DNA of 64,000 nucleotides. Source: Marsupella aquatica. Taxonomy: Eukaryota; Plantae; Marchantiophyta. Below are positions 1 to 12,137 of this stretch, in pieces. The DNA lies in the NCBI GenBank assembly GCA_973895155.1, contig OZ316891.1, positions 11,592,771-11,656,770 of the forward strand. Reading direction: 5' to 3'. The notes under the pieces were generated by a model. It was not told the origin of the DNA. It saw nothing but the letters and a program-made list of their open reading frames with translations, and ran no database searches. Both the position numbers and the translations under genes were made by a program. Every line of letters starts with the position of its first letter. Positions within the stretch are counted from its first letter, which is position 1.

Positions 1-1238
1 AGCAATCTCTTTGGCCACACAGGGGGATTCAACCCATGTTGATATGGTGGTGGGAGATATTTACGGTAAGTTTCAAGATTCATTGCAGTCTTCGAGTTGA
101 TGATCTAAGAGATGAGGGGATATATATTGAATGGAATTGATGTGGGGATTGTCAGCAGGTGGTGATTACACGGAAATGGGCCTTGCAGCAACGACTGTAG
201 CAAGCTCATTTGGAAAGGTTGTGATTGTTTTCTTCCAACTTCGATAAGGAACCGGTAAACCAGAGAAAAAGGAAAATTGTATGTGTGTTGTGAGGGGGCG
301 GGGGGGCAGAGGAAGGGTCGACCTTATGACAACAATATATACTGGTTTAATACTATTTACTACTACTTTTCGAGCCTCTTCCAAATGAGCTGAATGTCAC
401 TGCTCTACCACTGTGCTTATGATATTTGTTGCTGTCACAGCTTGTGCTGCCACAAAAAAGTACAGAATCGCAGGATCCACAGCACCTAGCTAAAGCTGCT
501 CTACTAATGGTGACGAACAACATCGGATCCATAGCCTGGCTACATGCCCGGAATGCGGGTGTTCGTTGTATAATGTTCACTGGAAGCTTTCTCCACAACA
601 ACAAGGTTGGTTTAGAGAATTTGCCTTCTCCATAAAAAGTACCTCCTTCACCCCTGATAATTAATAATGACTCTGCTTAGGGCTCATGAATATCGGTGCC
701 GTCAACAAGATCCCTCTTTGGAGCGATGTTTAGTATGGTGTCTGCAAAGGTGATGCATTAATCCAGAAGGACCACACTCTTAGAACAAAGGTTCAGATAG
801 TATACCTTCGATTGCTAAGGCCTAGATTATGTCCATTGTACATTATTAACTGTGAGATTTGTTTATGTAGCGGTTGTGGCGTGTATCCTTACCTCGATGT
901 CTGATTATTGTATCTGATCTGCAGCTAGCAATGCGGCTCTTAGCAGTAGCTATGGAGTTTTGGTCTAAAGGCAATATGAAGGTGGGCAGCTTATTTCTCT
1001 GTGGTATAACTTAGCCTTACCTTCGTTTCAGATTGATGTGGTAATGCAACTGCTAGTGTTCAGAGAAGCATGTAGGGCTTAGACGCTCTTCCACAATTGT
1101 GCAGAGCAATCTAGTGACAAGTGTGTTCACACCATACAGGCAGTATTCTTGCGACATGAGGGGCATGCCGGGGCTATGGGAGCTCTTCTAAGTGCATTGG
1201 AGACGTCGAATCCTCTGGATGATCTGCTGCTGACTTGA
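1..1238 (+). CDS. PANK: Type II (eukaryotic, Fumble-family) pantothenate kinase, 3' part; exons 1-65, 159-217, 441-605, 925-981, 1140-1238
   Basis: Spliced translation [34 protein letters not shown]...[19 protein letters not shown]...[46 protein letters not shown] matches type II PanK motifs; all introns GT-AG; TGA at 1236-1238; gene starts upstream of the window. Confidence 0.9.
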
Positions 1239-1701
1239 AGGTGGTTGCAGTAACGCTCTTATTGCTTCGACTGAAAAACGGTTGTGTTGTATTTTGTCGT
1301 TTTACCAAGCAGAAGAATAGCTGGACTCATTTGGGTCATGACCTTAACCTGGCGACTGCTAGCGTGTGGTTATCTGGTGTGGATGATTCATTATCAACAG
1401 CGTGTGCCAGAGGAAAGGGGTCAGTACCTCAATCATTTTAGAGTATCTAGGATAGATCGCCCTTGTACAGAGAGGCTGCTGTCCAATAATTTAGTAGTGC
1501 TCGATCTGACCTCTAGTAATTAGCAATCAGGTTTAACTCAGGTTCTCAAGTCCAGTGAAGAAAAAATGCCGCAGCTTCATTTGTTATTGTAATTTAAGTT
1601 GATGTTGTACTTAATACAACAAAATTCTGTGATATCTAGAACCCGCGTCTCGTCCGGTTGAAGTTAGGACAATGGGTCTGTTGTGTAAACTGAAGCAAAG
1701 C

Positions 1702-1855
1702 CGCTTGTTGGAGTCATTTCTGTGATAGGTTTAGAGAATACAATAAGAGTTGGAATTTTAAGAATACAATAAGAGTTGGAATTTTAAGCTGCTTGTTGGA
1801 GTCATTTCTATGATAGGTTTGGAGAATACAATAAGAGTTAGAATTTTAAGAATTG
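1702..1855. repeat. Local tandem duplication (GCTTGTTGGAGTCATTTCT..GATAGGTTT x2; GAATACAATAAGAGTTRGAATTTTAA x3)
   Basis: Direct repeats read in the sequence downstream of the PanK stop codon. Confidence 0.8.
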
Positions 1856-3313
1856 CTCTGTGCATATGTAGCATTGGTAGAACTCTGTTATCTCTGCCCC
1901 AATAGCCCATGTTGTCTCTGCCACGACTGATACACAGCAAGCCTACCCTAGCTGCCACGACTTGTCATAAACAATCATGACAACTGCAGGATGGATCTCG
2001 GCAGGCAGAGACAGCGTGAGGATAAGGCACTCATTATTGGAGGGTGGCCCCAAAACTCGCTTTATGACCATTACGTTCTGTTTTGCCATCCCCCTGGGAT
2101 TTATCCCTGCTCCCTAATGCTGAATGGTCCTGGCTGTAATTTAGCAATATTTTGACTTGAAGCTTGATAACAGTCTAAGCAACTCTCAATGCTTTAAAAA
2201 ATGGTCGGTATTTTGGATTTCAGTTCAGTTTCTCAACCAAGATTCTGTGTAAGGTCATCTGGGTTCGCTAACTACATTTCTCAGGTTACACTATGATAGA
2301 TGCCTTGCATGACAGTATTCTTCAAAGATGAATTACACATGGACTCTGGGCGAGCCCCAACTAAAAAATGGTGCCCAAAGGCAGTATGGTCAATTTGAGG
2401 CAAGAGCTCCAGTATGCCACCCTCGGAAGTTTACCTTAGAAAAACTAGACTCTGGAATCGAGTGCATTCAGAGGCGCAAAACTTTTGGGAAACTTACCCT
2501 GAGTATTCTCACGTTCGGACTAAACCGCCCCATTCAGACTATTGCTGAGCACGTCCAGAACAGTCAAATTCAGCAAATGACCAAGCGCAGGTGGATCAGC
2601 CCGGAAACTCGTTGGAGCAGAGATCAAAGGAGTCGAGCTTGGTGACCTGAACCTGCTAGGTATTACCCCACTGAAGATGTTTGTTGACAGGTTGAGGAAA
2701 GACAGGGACTGTACACTCCCAAGAGACGAGTGTGCCTGTTGGATTCAAGCCCGCAAGGTTGACACTAAATATTGACGTGCACTGTCATGACGGACCCCCT
2801 AAAGAACAGAAACCAGAACCACTGTCTGGTGTGCTGTTCACACTGCGGAGTGGACCCAGCGAACGCCCTTGAACCGCTCTTTCCGTTCAGCAAGACATTC
2901 CTGCACATGCACATCATAATCCGTGATCCTGTCAGTACGATCGAGTGAGTCTACGGACTTCAAGCGCATCGAAAGTCAGTGAGAGTGCATGTACGTATTG
3001 AGCTTACTGGTCCTCCACGCCACTACGGTACGTCAAGCAAGCTGATAGCCAAATAAGTCTCCTTGAAAAAAAATGAAGGAGGGCAAGATACAAGAGAGAG
3101 TTTCATGTTCAACTCGAGATCCAAAGGCACCTAAGTTTCTATTCTTTTCTATCTATCTATCTGGTTTCTGTTGCACATTCAGTTTGTCCAATGGGTTGCG
3201 GCCCGAATTACCTGACCTGTCGATGTCAGATTGTTCCTCGCCATGACTGAGAAAGAGAAGCGTTGCGAATAAAATCCTCCATCCACCGTTGCCCTGGGGG
3301 TTTTCACAAAACC

Positions 3314-6034
3314 TCAATTTGAAACCTCCCTCCCTGTAAGTTTCGAAAACAATTTCAGACCCTCTCTTAGAAGGTCACCTGCCTTTCTAAACACATTTGT
3401 CAGGATACTGTACGTTACGAAGTCCGGAACAAAGCCCTGTCTGGTCATCTCCTCGAGTACATTGTAAGCCTCACGAACCATGCCTGCCCGATGTAGCCCA
3501 GTCAAGACCGTATTGTAGGATACCAGATCAAATGTACGTTTTGTTTTCATATCTCTGAAAACTTTCAACGCCTCATCCATTCTGTCGGACTTGCACAGCA
3601 CATCAAGAAGAATATTATAAGTCACTACATCTGGTTTGCAACCAGAGGTTACCATTGCTTTGAAAACGGTTCCAACCCCGTCCACATTTCCTGTCTTGCC
3701 TAGACCTCTTATAAGTGATGTATAAGTGATCGCATTGCCATTAATACCCGAGCCAATCATGTCATCAAAAACCTTTTCTGCTTCATCCACTTGACCGGCT
3801 TTGCAGAGGCCATCAATCATAGCAGTAAAAGTCACAAGATCAGGCTGACATCCTGTATCTTTCATTCGTTCAAACAAGTGCAAAGCTTCATCTACTCTTT
3901 CCGCCTTGAAGAGGACATCAATAAGTGTGGTGTATGTCACAGCATTTGGGTTGCTGCCTACGTCTTCCAAGAATCGGAAAACCTGCCACGCTGCATCAAG
4001 ATTTCCAGCTTTTCCAAGACCATAGATTAGAGTGTTGCATATCTTCAGTTCAGGCTTCCAGCCTTTCCCTACCATCTCTTCAAATAAACTGTACGCCTTA
4101 TCGACAAATCTCGTGCTGGCAAGACTACTCAAAAGTATCTTGCTTGCAGTCATGTCATCCTCAACAATTTCCTGAGCCAGTCGAATGGCATTCTCAACTT
4201 GATTGCTTTCGCACAAGGCGAGAATAAGTATCCTATAAGTGACCAGATTGGGGCTACAGTACTTTTCCTTCATCAGGTGGAAAAGTTTGTATGCATCTAA
4301 TGCTTTGCCAGATTTGCCAAGGGCATAGATAAGGGTATTGAATGCAACCACATCAGGCATGCAGTGCCGTCGCGCCATATCCTTGAAATGGTTAAAGGCG
4401 TCCTCTATTCGTCCAGCCTTACACAAGCCATCGATCAGCTCACTATGTGTGACCAGATCTGGGTTGCAGCCATCTTTGAGCATTTTCTCAAAAACGTTAA
4501 AGGCTCCCTCGACATCGCCCGTCTTGCACAGAACATCAATTAAGGTGTTGTAAGTGTATACATCAGGGTTCACCCCAAAATCTTTCATTTCCGCAAATAC
4601 TTTGAAAGCCCCGTCAACGTCTCCGGACTTGACAATGCTTGCAAGAAGGACATTGAAAGTTATGGCATCCGGACGACAACCCTTTTCTATCATTCTCGCA
4701 AATAGCTGGGAGGCTTCATCAACCTTGCCATTAATCCGTAGACTGTACAATATGGCTGTGTAGGCAACAACATCAGGAACACATTCTCCCATCTCCATGC
4801 TGTTCAGCAGCTCGAGGGCCTCTGTTTCACGACCACTCTTGCATAACTTATCTAATAGCACAGTGTAAGTGACCACGTCAGGGACACAACCATCAGCCTT
4901 CATCTCTACAAAAAGCTTGTATGCATCTTTCAGGTTTCCTTTCTTGCTCAACGCAAGTATTAGACTGGTGTAAGTTACCACATCCGGAGAACATTTGTTC
5001 TGCTTCGACTGTTTAAAAAATCTGCAGGCAAGATCCAGTTTGCCCGACTTGCCGAAGATATCGATCATTGTATTGTAGGATACAATGTCAGGATGACAAC
5101 CTCTGTCTGACATTTCCTCAAATAGCTTAGCAGCTGCATCCACCTTGCCTGCTCTGCCAAAGCCATCAATAATTATATTGTAGACCATTACGTTGGGGAA
5201 GCAGCCCTGCTCTTTCAATTCGGACAAGAGAACATGTGCCTCGTCAACTTTACCTACCTTGCAAAACCCTTTCACAAGAATCCCCAGGGTGTAGCTGTCA
5301 GGCTTACATCCTTGGTCCAACATTTGTTGATAAACCTTGTAAGCTTGATCACAATGGCCTGCCTTCACGAGTGAGTTCAAGAGACCATTAAAGGCAGTGG
5401 TATTGGGCTTGCACCCAATACTTTTCATCCCAACCAGAGCTCCTACCCCAGCTTCCCACATCCCAGCACGACAGTAGCTTTGGGCTAGCTTGGTATGAAA
5501 TCCAGGGGTAATCTGGTGACCCGCTTGGGACATGTCTTCACCCAATTGCTGTATTGCTTCATACATAGTTCCTCTTCCTAAATTCGCAAGCAGGGTTTTG
5601 TATACAAGTGCATTGTGCTTGTATCCAGACTGTTTCCCGGCCCACTGATAAAACCTCAAAGCCAGATTCACATCGCTCTGGCGCTCTACGACCTTCACTA
5701 CGAGCGAGGGTCGTAGCTTCACCCTTAGTTCCTTCATAAATACATCCAGTAGGGGTTCCCAACCCTCAGCAATTAGAACGCTGCAAATTTTATCCACGTG
5801 CATTTGCAAAGGCACAAAAGGCAAAGCACTCATCTTAACAGCAGCACCATCAACTCTTCTCTGGTCTGCATGGCCTGAGATAGCATCCGTCCCTACAAGA
5901 GCAGGTGCTCCGCTGTTGCAGGCCTTCTCGACGTCTACACTGCTGGCTACAGAAAAACTCTCACTCGCACGATCCACGGCGGTGCACATAGCTCTCCTGG
6001 CCGCTCTAGTTAACGAACTAGCCATCCTCATCAT
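3314..6034 (-). CDS. P-class pentatricopeptide repeat (PPR) protein, 906 aa, single exon, probable mitochondrial presequence
   Basis: About 20 tandem 35-aa motifs (PDVVTYT.LI..L.K.G....A..LF.EM...G); no E/DYW domain; Arg/Ala/Ser-rich N-terminus MMRMASSLTRAARRAMCT. Confidence 0.95.
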   Translation of the reverse strand: MMRMASSLTRAARRAMCTAVDRASESFSVASSVDVEKACNSGAPALVGTDAISGHADQRRVDGAAVKMSALPFVPLQMHVDKICSVLIAEGWEPLLDVFMKELRVKLRPSLVVKVVERQSDVNLALRFYQWAGKQSGYKHNALVYKTLLANLGRGTMYEAIQQLGEDMSQAGHQITPGFHTKLAQSYCRAGMWEAGVGALVGMKSIGCKPNTTAFNGLLNSLVKAGHCDQAYKVYQQMLDQGCKPDSYTLGILVKGFCKVGKVDEAHVLLSELKEQGCFPNVMVYNIIIDGFGRAGKVDAAAKLFEEMSDRGCHPDIVSYNTMIDIFGKSGKLDLACRFFKQSKQNKCSPDVVTYTSLILALSKKGNLKDAYKLFVEMKADGCVPDVVTYTVLLDKLCKSGRETEALELLNSMEMGECVPDVVAYTAILYSLRINGKVDEASQLFARMIEKGCRPDAITFNVLLASIVKSGDVDGAFKVFAEMKDFGVNPDVYTYNTLIDVLCKTGDVEGAFNVFEKMLKDGCNPDLVTHSELIDGLCKAGRIEDAFNHFKDMARRHCMPDVVAFNTLIYALGKSGKALDAYKLFHLMKEKYCSPNLVTYRILILALCESNQVENAIRLAQEIVEDDMTASKILLSSLASTRFVDKAYSLFEEMVGKGWKPELKICNTLIYGLGKAGNLDAAWQVFRFLEDVGSNPNAVTYTTLIDVLFKAERVDEALHLFERMKDTGCQPDLVTFTAMIDGLCKAGQVDEAEKVFDDMIGSGINGNAITYTSLIRGLGKTGNVDGVGTVFKAMVTSGCKPDVVTYNILLDVLCKSDRMDEALKVFRDMKTKRTFDLVSYNTVLTGLHRAGMVREAYNVLEEMTRQGFVPDFVTYSILTNVFRKAGDLLREGLKLFSKLTGREVSN

Positions 6035-7263
6035 CAGCGTAACAAACGTTGCAAACTCGTGTTATACACAATACAGACATGGACCACGATGCTTCTTCCA
6101 CAAACACCCTCTGTCGGCCAGGCGTACACGTCTCAGAAGCAGCTGATTGCATTTTACGGCCAGACATAGATCCGATCCTGCTCTCCAAGCTGGAAATGGC
6201 GAAAAATGCGCCATCGCAATGCCGAAACAACAACCAAAATGTCACAGGGACATAAAGCGATCCAAGCGCCAGCGTCAAGGTTGATTCACGACTGCATACC
6301 TGAATCTAGTGGCGCAGCTCCCAAATGGCCATCCATCACCCTTTGAGGATTCGAAACAATCCAAGTCTCTGCATCGGAGAACCCTAATTCGACAAACTCA
6401 AGCTCCTGAATCTGTCCTCGGTTCACTGCAAGTTGAGCTCAAGATTGAGCTGAGCCGGCTGATGCGGGGCATTCCATGTCTGAAAATTACCCGAGAGTCG
6501 AAGACCAAATCCAAACGATTGTGTCTCCAACTCATTTCTTGTTACCAAAAGAGCAACTCGACCAATGTACTAAAAATACATATATCTAGCTGCCCAAAAA
6601 TGAAAAGCCCCAACCAAGAGACATGATCCCAAAGGGGAGGCAACAAAAAGGCTAGGGGAGAGAACCAAGGCCGCCCACAAAAGTCACAAACCCCCACCTA
6701 AAACCCTAACTAAGAGTCTGGTAAAGTTTTGGGGTGAACTACATGGGAGAGAGGGTCAAGCAACTACCTAGAATATATTAGGGTGCCCAAGGGCAAAAAA
6801 GGCCTAACCGGGAGACATGATCCCAAAGGCAAAGGAACCCAATGAAGGGAAGGAAAAGAGGAGAGAGGGCCCCAAGAAAAACTACCTAGAAGCTCTAAAA
6901 ATTGAAAAGGGCCAAACAAAGTATAATGGACTGACAGACCAACCTGGAACCAATTGGCTTAGGTCGGCTGGCCAGGGGATTAACCTACAGTAGAACTGAG
7001 AGGTCCCACTTGCAAGGGGTGTGAAGTGTATGTGTGTATGTGGATGGGTGGGGTGTAGTGGTGGCAGTACTGGTTACTCTTCAGTTGCTTTGAGGCCTTG
7101 GTTTAACCCTCTCTCCCTCCTAGTCTGGTCCCACAGATCCATGGGTGACTTCCCCTTGCGGCTGCCTTACAGAACTGCATGCTATGGAATAGATTGTTTA
7201 TCCTCTGTTAAATGGGTCTACTTTTGGTTTCAAGGCAAAAAAAGAAAACATTGGCCTCAAAAG

Positions 7264-7566
7264 TGTTGAGCATAGATGATATTCACAATGGTAAACCCAT
7301 GACACATTCAGTGCACAAGTAGTCGACACAAAAGATACTAGGTTCACCTTCTCAAGCCTACGTCTACAGGAACACACAAGAGAACTTTATTGAACCCCTA
7401 AGCCTGTTGGCCATACCAAATTCTCCAACAGTGGAAGCTCTCTTTATCTTTCAAGTGGCTTCATAACAATGAGACTTAGTTCCACTTATCCAAGCACACA
7501 CCGCTTAGCATATAGTGTGCAACTTACTTAAACCACGCATTTAGGTATAAGGGGCTCCACGTAACA
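7264..7566 (-). mobile_element. Degenerate solo LTR of the same Copia lineage as the elements at 9433 and 20800
   Basis: Begins TGTTGAGCATAGATGA and shares AGTCGACACA, GGTTCACCT, CTACGTC, GGAACACACAAGAG, ATAACAATGAG and CCAAGCACAC blocks with those LTRs; no matching TSD found, so the right end is approximate. Confidence 0.7.
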
Positions 7567-9432
7567 CGGAGTCCCCATACGAAGTGTATTTAGCCAGCAA
7601 AAGGACGGGCTACGTAGCAACGCCTCCCCTCCACCGTTCGATCAACACTCATAGTTGTGCCTACCCTCAGCCATAGGATGCGATCTATGGCTCAAATCGT
7701 AGGTCTCGTTGAGATCTACGTCACTCTCCAAAAATCCTCGCAAAAATCTCATACAAAATGGTTTATTATTTTTAAGAGGAATGATGGAAAAACATGGTGC
7801 GCTCTGATTGGCTGGATTCAAAATTTGAATTTTTGGGGGAAGATCAATCTAAGCTATCTGATTGGTTTGCTTCCACAAATCTCATTTGTCTATCATATTG
7901 GTCAATCTATGGCTCAAACAAAAGACCTCAAGGAGATCTATGGATGGGTTTTTTCCGTTTTGAAAATGGGTTGATATTTCTCAAATGGAAAATAAAACAA
8001 ATCTAAGCCCTCCTGGCCGTCGATTTGTTGATTTTGCAATCTCTGCTGTTCATTGTTTATTGCATCTTAAAATCTTGTCCGTCCACATTAGAAGGCAATC
8101 TAGGGAGCAAAAGAAAGATCTCGACGAGATCTATAGTTGGGTGTTTTCGGTTTTGAAAATGAGTAAATATGCACTCCTGGTAGGTTTATGCAACGCATGG
8201 AAAAGTAAACCGCCCTACGGGACTCATGCCGTTCAACAATGAAATTTAGTGAACTTTGGAGTTGTGAGCCATCCCTCCTGCCCGATCCTGGACTTTCCTG
8301 CGCCTGCCCAGCATTTATGGCCGTACAGTACCAGGCTTCCTTAAATACCCCCGAGGCATGGTTTAACCTAACCACGTCTCCGACCGGATCTCCAATTACA
8401 GTTAGCCTAACTATGGTTACATGTCGTAACCCTAGACCTAAGAGTAAATGTCTATAGTAACAAAAAGAAGAAGGCAAATGGCAACCCACAAACCTACAAT
8501 AGGAAGATGAGAAATAGGAGGTATGTCAGATTTAGTAATTGACTCTCCTGTTTTATTGTCAAATCCCATACTTTGGCACTCTTTTTAGGTTTATTACTAA
8601 GTGACATTTTAATTTGTCCATAAGCTGGTCAAGCAAAATGACTTTGTTTAGTTTGGATCAAGGTCATTTTTCATCATCCTCCCCTCAATGTCAATACACC
8701 TAAACCTAGAAAGACAAACATATCAGAGATGTGTGAGATTTAGTACATTGAGACTCTTTTATGTCAAATTGTAGACTTTGTCACTCTTTTTAGTTTAATT
8801 ATTAGGTTGCTCTTTTTTCACTGTTTGGAAAGCAAAGTAACTCTATTAGTCTGGAATAATCTACCAATCAACATTCTGTCAGGTTTACTCATGGGATGGT
8901 TGTCATCATCCTCAATTTAACCTCAGCACTCTAGCCCACCCTCAACCAAGGGGGATGGGGGGAGTCGAGCAGCCAACCAGGAGGGGGTTGAGCAATTTGG
9001 GCATGTCTGATCAAGAATGAGCCCATATCTAGTGTCGGAACTCAGTCTGAAAGTGCAATATGGATGTCCCCTAAGGGGCAAGCCTTGGCTAAGGTGCCCA
9101 GTACCCATTGCCAAGGATCTACAATAAATAGGGTTGAGCTTGAGCATGCTGTAATATCTCCAAATTCGAGAGGGATGTACATTATGTATCACAATTCTGC
9201 TGGCTCTGGATATGGTCATGTACTGTCCTAGCATGGGGTTTGGGACAAAGGTAGCAAAAAAATGAGCATAAGATATCTCAAGCATACCATAGAGCTCGCC
9301 ATAAAGACTTTGTGAAGGAGTGAGAACAAATTGGGGACATTGATGGATGGTGCGACATTTTAAGGAGGGGGGAAATCAATCGTAAAGAGTTCGGGTTAGT
9401 TGCCATAGTAATTCTTCAGCATTAGCATCTCC

Positions 9433-9776
9433 TGTTGAGTACAGACGACATTCGTAACAACAAGCCCATGAACCATCCAATGCACAAGAGTCGACACAGA
9501 GAAATATGTGGTTCACCTCCACATGAGGCTACGTCCACGGGAACACACAAGAGCTTTACTGCACTCTAGGCCGACCGGCCATACCAAGCATCCACAGCAC
9601 AAGCTCTCCCTATCTCTCAACTAGCTCCGTAACAATGAGCCTAAGTTCCACCAGGGTCTTGCATCAGCCCTGGCTTAATACACAATAGCACTACCGCTAA
9701 CTTTAGCTAAGTCCTAACCCGAGTTAGCTTAACTATAGTTAGCTCATGAGTCACAAGACTAGAGCAATATCTAACA
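9433..9776 (-). repeat. 3' LTR of outer Copia
   Basis: TGTTGAG...CTAACA, adjacent to PPT; direct repeat of 32138-32481. Confidence 0.95.
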
Positions 9777-12137
9777 AACTCCCCCTTGACTCTTGTCTTG
9801 GGGACTGGACTAAATGTTACCATATGGAATCCTCAGCGGGAAGTTCTAGACAATCACCAAACCAGGTCTCCCCCTAAAAACCACAAGGGTTAACTTAGAA
9901 GGGTTAACTTAGAAGGGTTAACTAGAACTAAGCCGTAGCCAAATAGGAATGAGTAATCCATATACAAATAGTCACACATTGCTAAATAACTCTACTTGCA
10001 CTACAGCTGCAAAACCTGCAAAGTAGCACGGTGTCTTGAGAAACTCTCCAAAATAATCACTTTGGTAAAAACATCAGCAGGATTGAACTTTCCATCAATC
10101 TTGACTAGCTCAAAAGTTTTATCAGACAATGCTTGCCTGATAAAATGGTACCTGATATCAATGTGCTTCACCCTGCTATCCATCACCTGGTTACAACCAA
10201 TTGAAGAGCACTCTGACTATCATAGTTAGAGTTAGTTTGCCATGCTCTAAATCCATCTTCGCGATCAACTTATCCAACCAAATTGCTTCCTTTGCTGCTT
10301 CTGCTGCTGCAACATACTCTGCTTCTGTAGTTGACTGAAATATACACTTCTACAAGGTAGATTTTCAACTGATACATCCTCCTTCAAGAGTAAATACAAA
10401 CCTAGTTGTAGAACTTCTTGTATCCAGACAGTCTTCATAGTCAGAATCTACATAGCCAACTAACGTTCTACCTGGTCTTGCATCAAATAGTAATCCATAG
10501 TCCTGTGTTCCCTTCAGATACCTGAGAATCCACTTCACAGCTTCCCAATGTAACTTCCCTGGATTTGACATGAATCTGCTAATCTTGCCCATCGCTAGGG
10601 CCAAGTCAGGCCTAGTACAAGTCATCAAATACATCAGACTACCTACTGCTGTCGTCTGTTATCAAACAGTAAACACCTATATTTTCCTTGTTTCACACCA
10701 AATACCGTTTTAATCGTATCACGAGGACGTGGAGGGACGCTATTTGGACATCCTCACACCGGAAAGGAGTAGATTCGTTTCCGCTCCCAGAAATGCATTT
10801 TTGATCAAGTCTACCGACTATTTTTCCGTCCTCACTTTTGATCAAGTCCCATGGACTACAGTCTCTCCCTTCCTCTTGGTCTCCAAAGAAGTGCTGTCAC
10901 CACTCCCCTAGCTCACAGGGCCGACCAAACCTTGCAAACTTCTCTTAAAAATCCGCTTGGGGGATTCTGTCACAAAAGCATACCAATACGGCTACAGGAA
11001 GGACACAACTATGAAGGAAAAATAAATCATAACACACAACAAAAATCGAAGAGTCATACTGAATCCATAGCTCTTGGTGAACAACGTAATACATCGTATG
11101 AGCAACCCGGCCTCCTCTCGTCTATTCAACTCCTGCCTCACTAGGACGATGCGCACTCCTCACCTCCCTACTCCAGATGATTCCTCCTCTATGTCGCAAG
11201 CTAACACTCCAAATTCACTCTAGATTGAGTCCCCCCCTCCTCTGCCCTTACCAGAGGTTGCTATTAAGTACTGAAAATCAAAATATCCAAGCACCCAAGG
11301 GCAAAGGGCCACCACCCCTTCTCGGGCGACGCCACTAATTCTAACACCTCGAACCTAGAACATGCGGCACACACATGTTTTAAAATACTATTCCTTATTG
11401 GACACCAATGGTGCCTTCATTGGCGTCTATCAACGACTAACTATTCCCTACCCTACTCTTCTGACTGATCACTACCTTCTTCCCCGGAATGGCCACTGAC
11501 ATCCTCACTATCCGACTGAATTGATGCCACCTTGGTCACCCCCGTATACGTGCAGTTGAAAACTCAGGCCTATCCCTCATCCACCTCTTTTAGGCTCGTC
11601 CAACCTTAAGAGTGCTCCCATAATCCTTCCCGACAACCACAAGGCTCGAACAGCCCCCCAACTTTAGCTCGGTATAGCCAAGGTTCACCCAACAGTCCAT
11701 GTACCATACTCGGTCACTCACTCAGGTACCCCGAGGTTGTTGCCCATAATTCCTAACTCCCTTCTCTTCTTCCCAAAATTCAGTAGCGCTAAAAAGGGGA
11801 GAGTCTTGTTTTAGAGAACTCATGCCCAAGTGGGAATGGAGAATGAGGAATAGTAAGAGAAGCGGAGGGTTTAAGTAGGCTTACAAGAGTGTGACCCTTT
11901 GGTCATTTCCCCTTCCAAGTCAAACCCCCTTCCAATCCTTCTTGCTCATATCCCTCCAAGTGTAGCAACTATCATGACCACCAACTACTCCCCCATGAAG
12001 TGTCACATTTTTCAGAGCATCAACTACTCCTATGACAAAGTGTTACGTTTTTCAGAGCATCAATTACTCCCTTAAAACGTGCCCAGTACCCACCCCGGTT
12101 ATTTTTCTTTCTAATTCTTTGTATCTATAGGGAGATA

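Noticed and set aside
3791-4763. Plus-strand ORFs overlapping the PPR gene (also antisense ORFs over ATPB, pol and the RS-rich exon)
   Set aside because: Shadow ORFs of real coding sequence with no motifs of their own
7657-8830. Scattered GATCTATGG / GTTTTGAAAATG and TTTAGTA..GTCAAAT direct repeats
   Set aside because: Probably old TE debris; no termini, TSD or coding remnant could be defined
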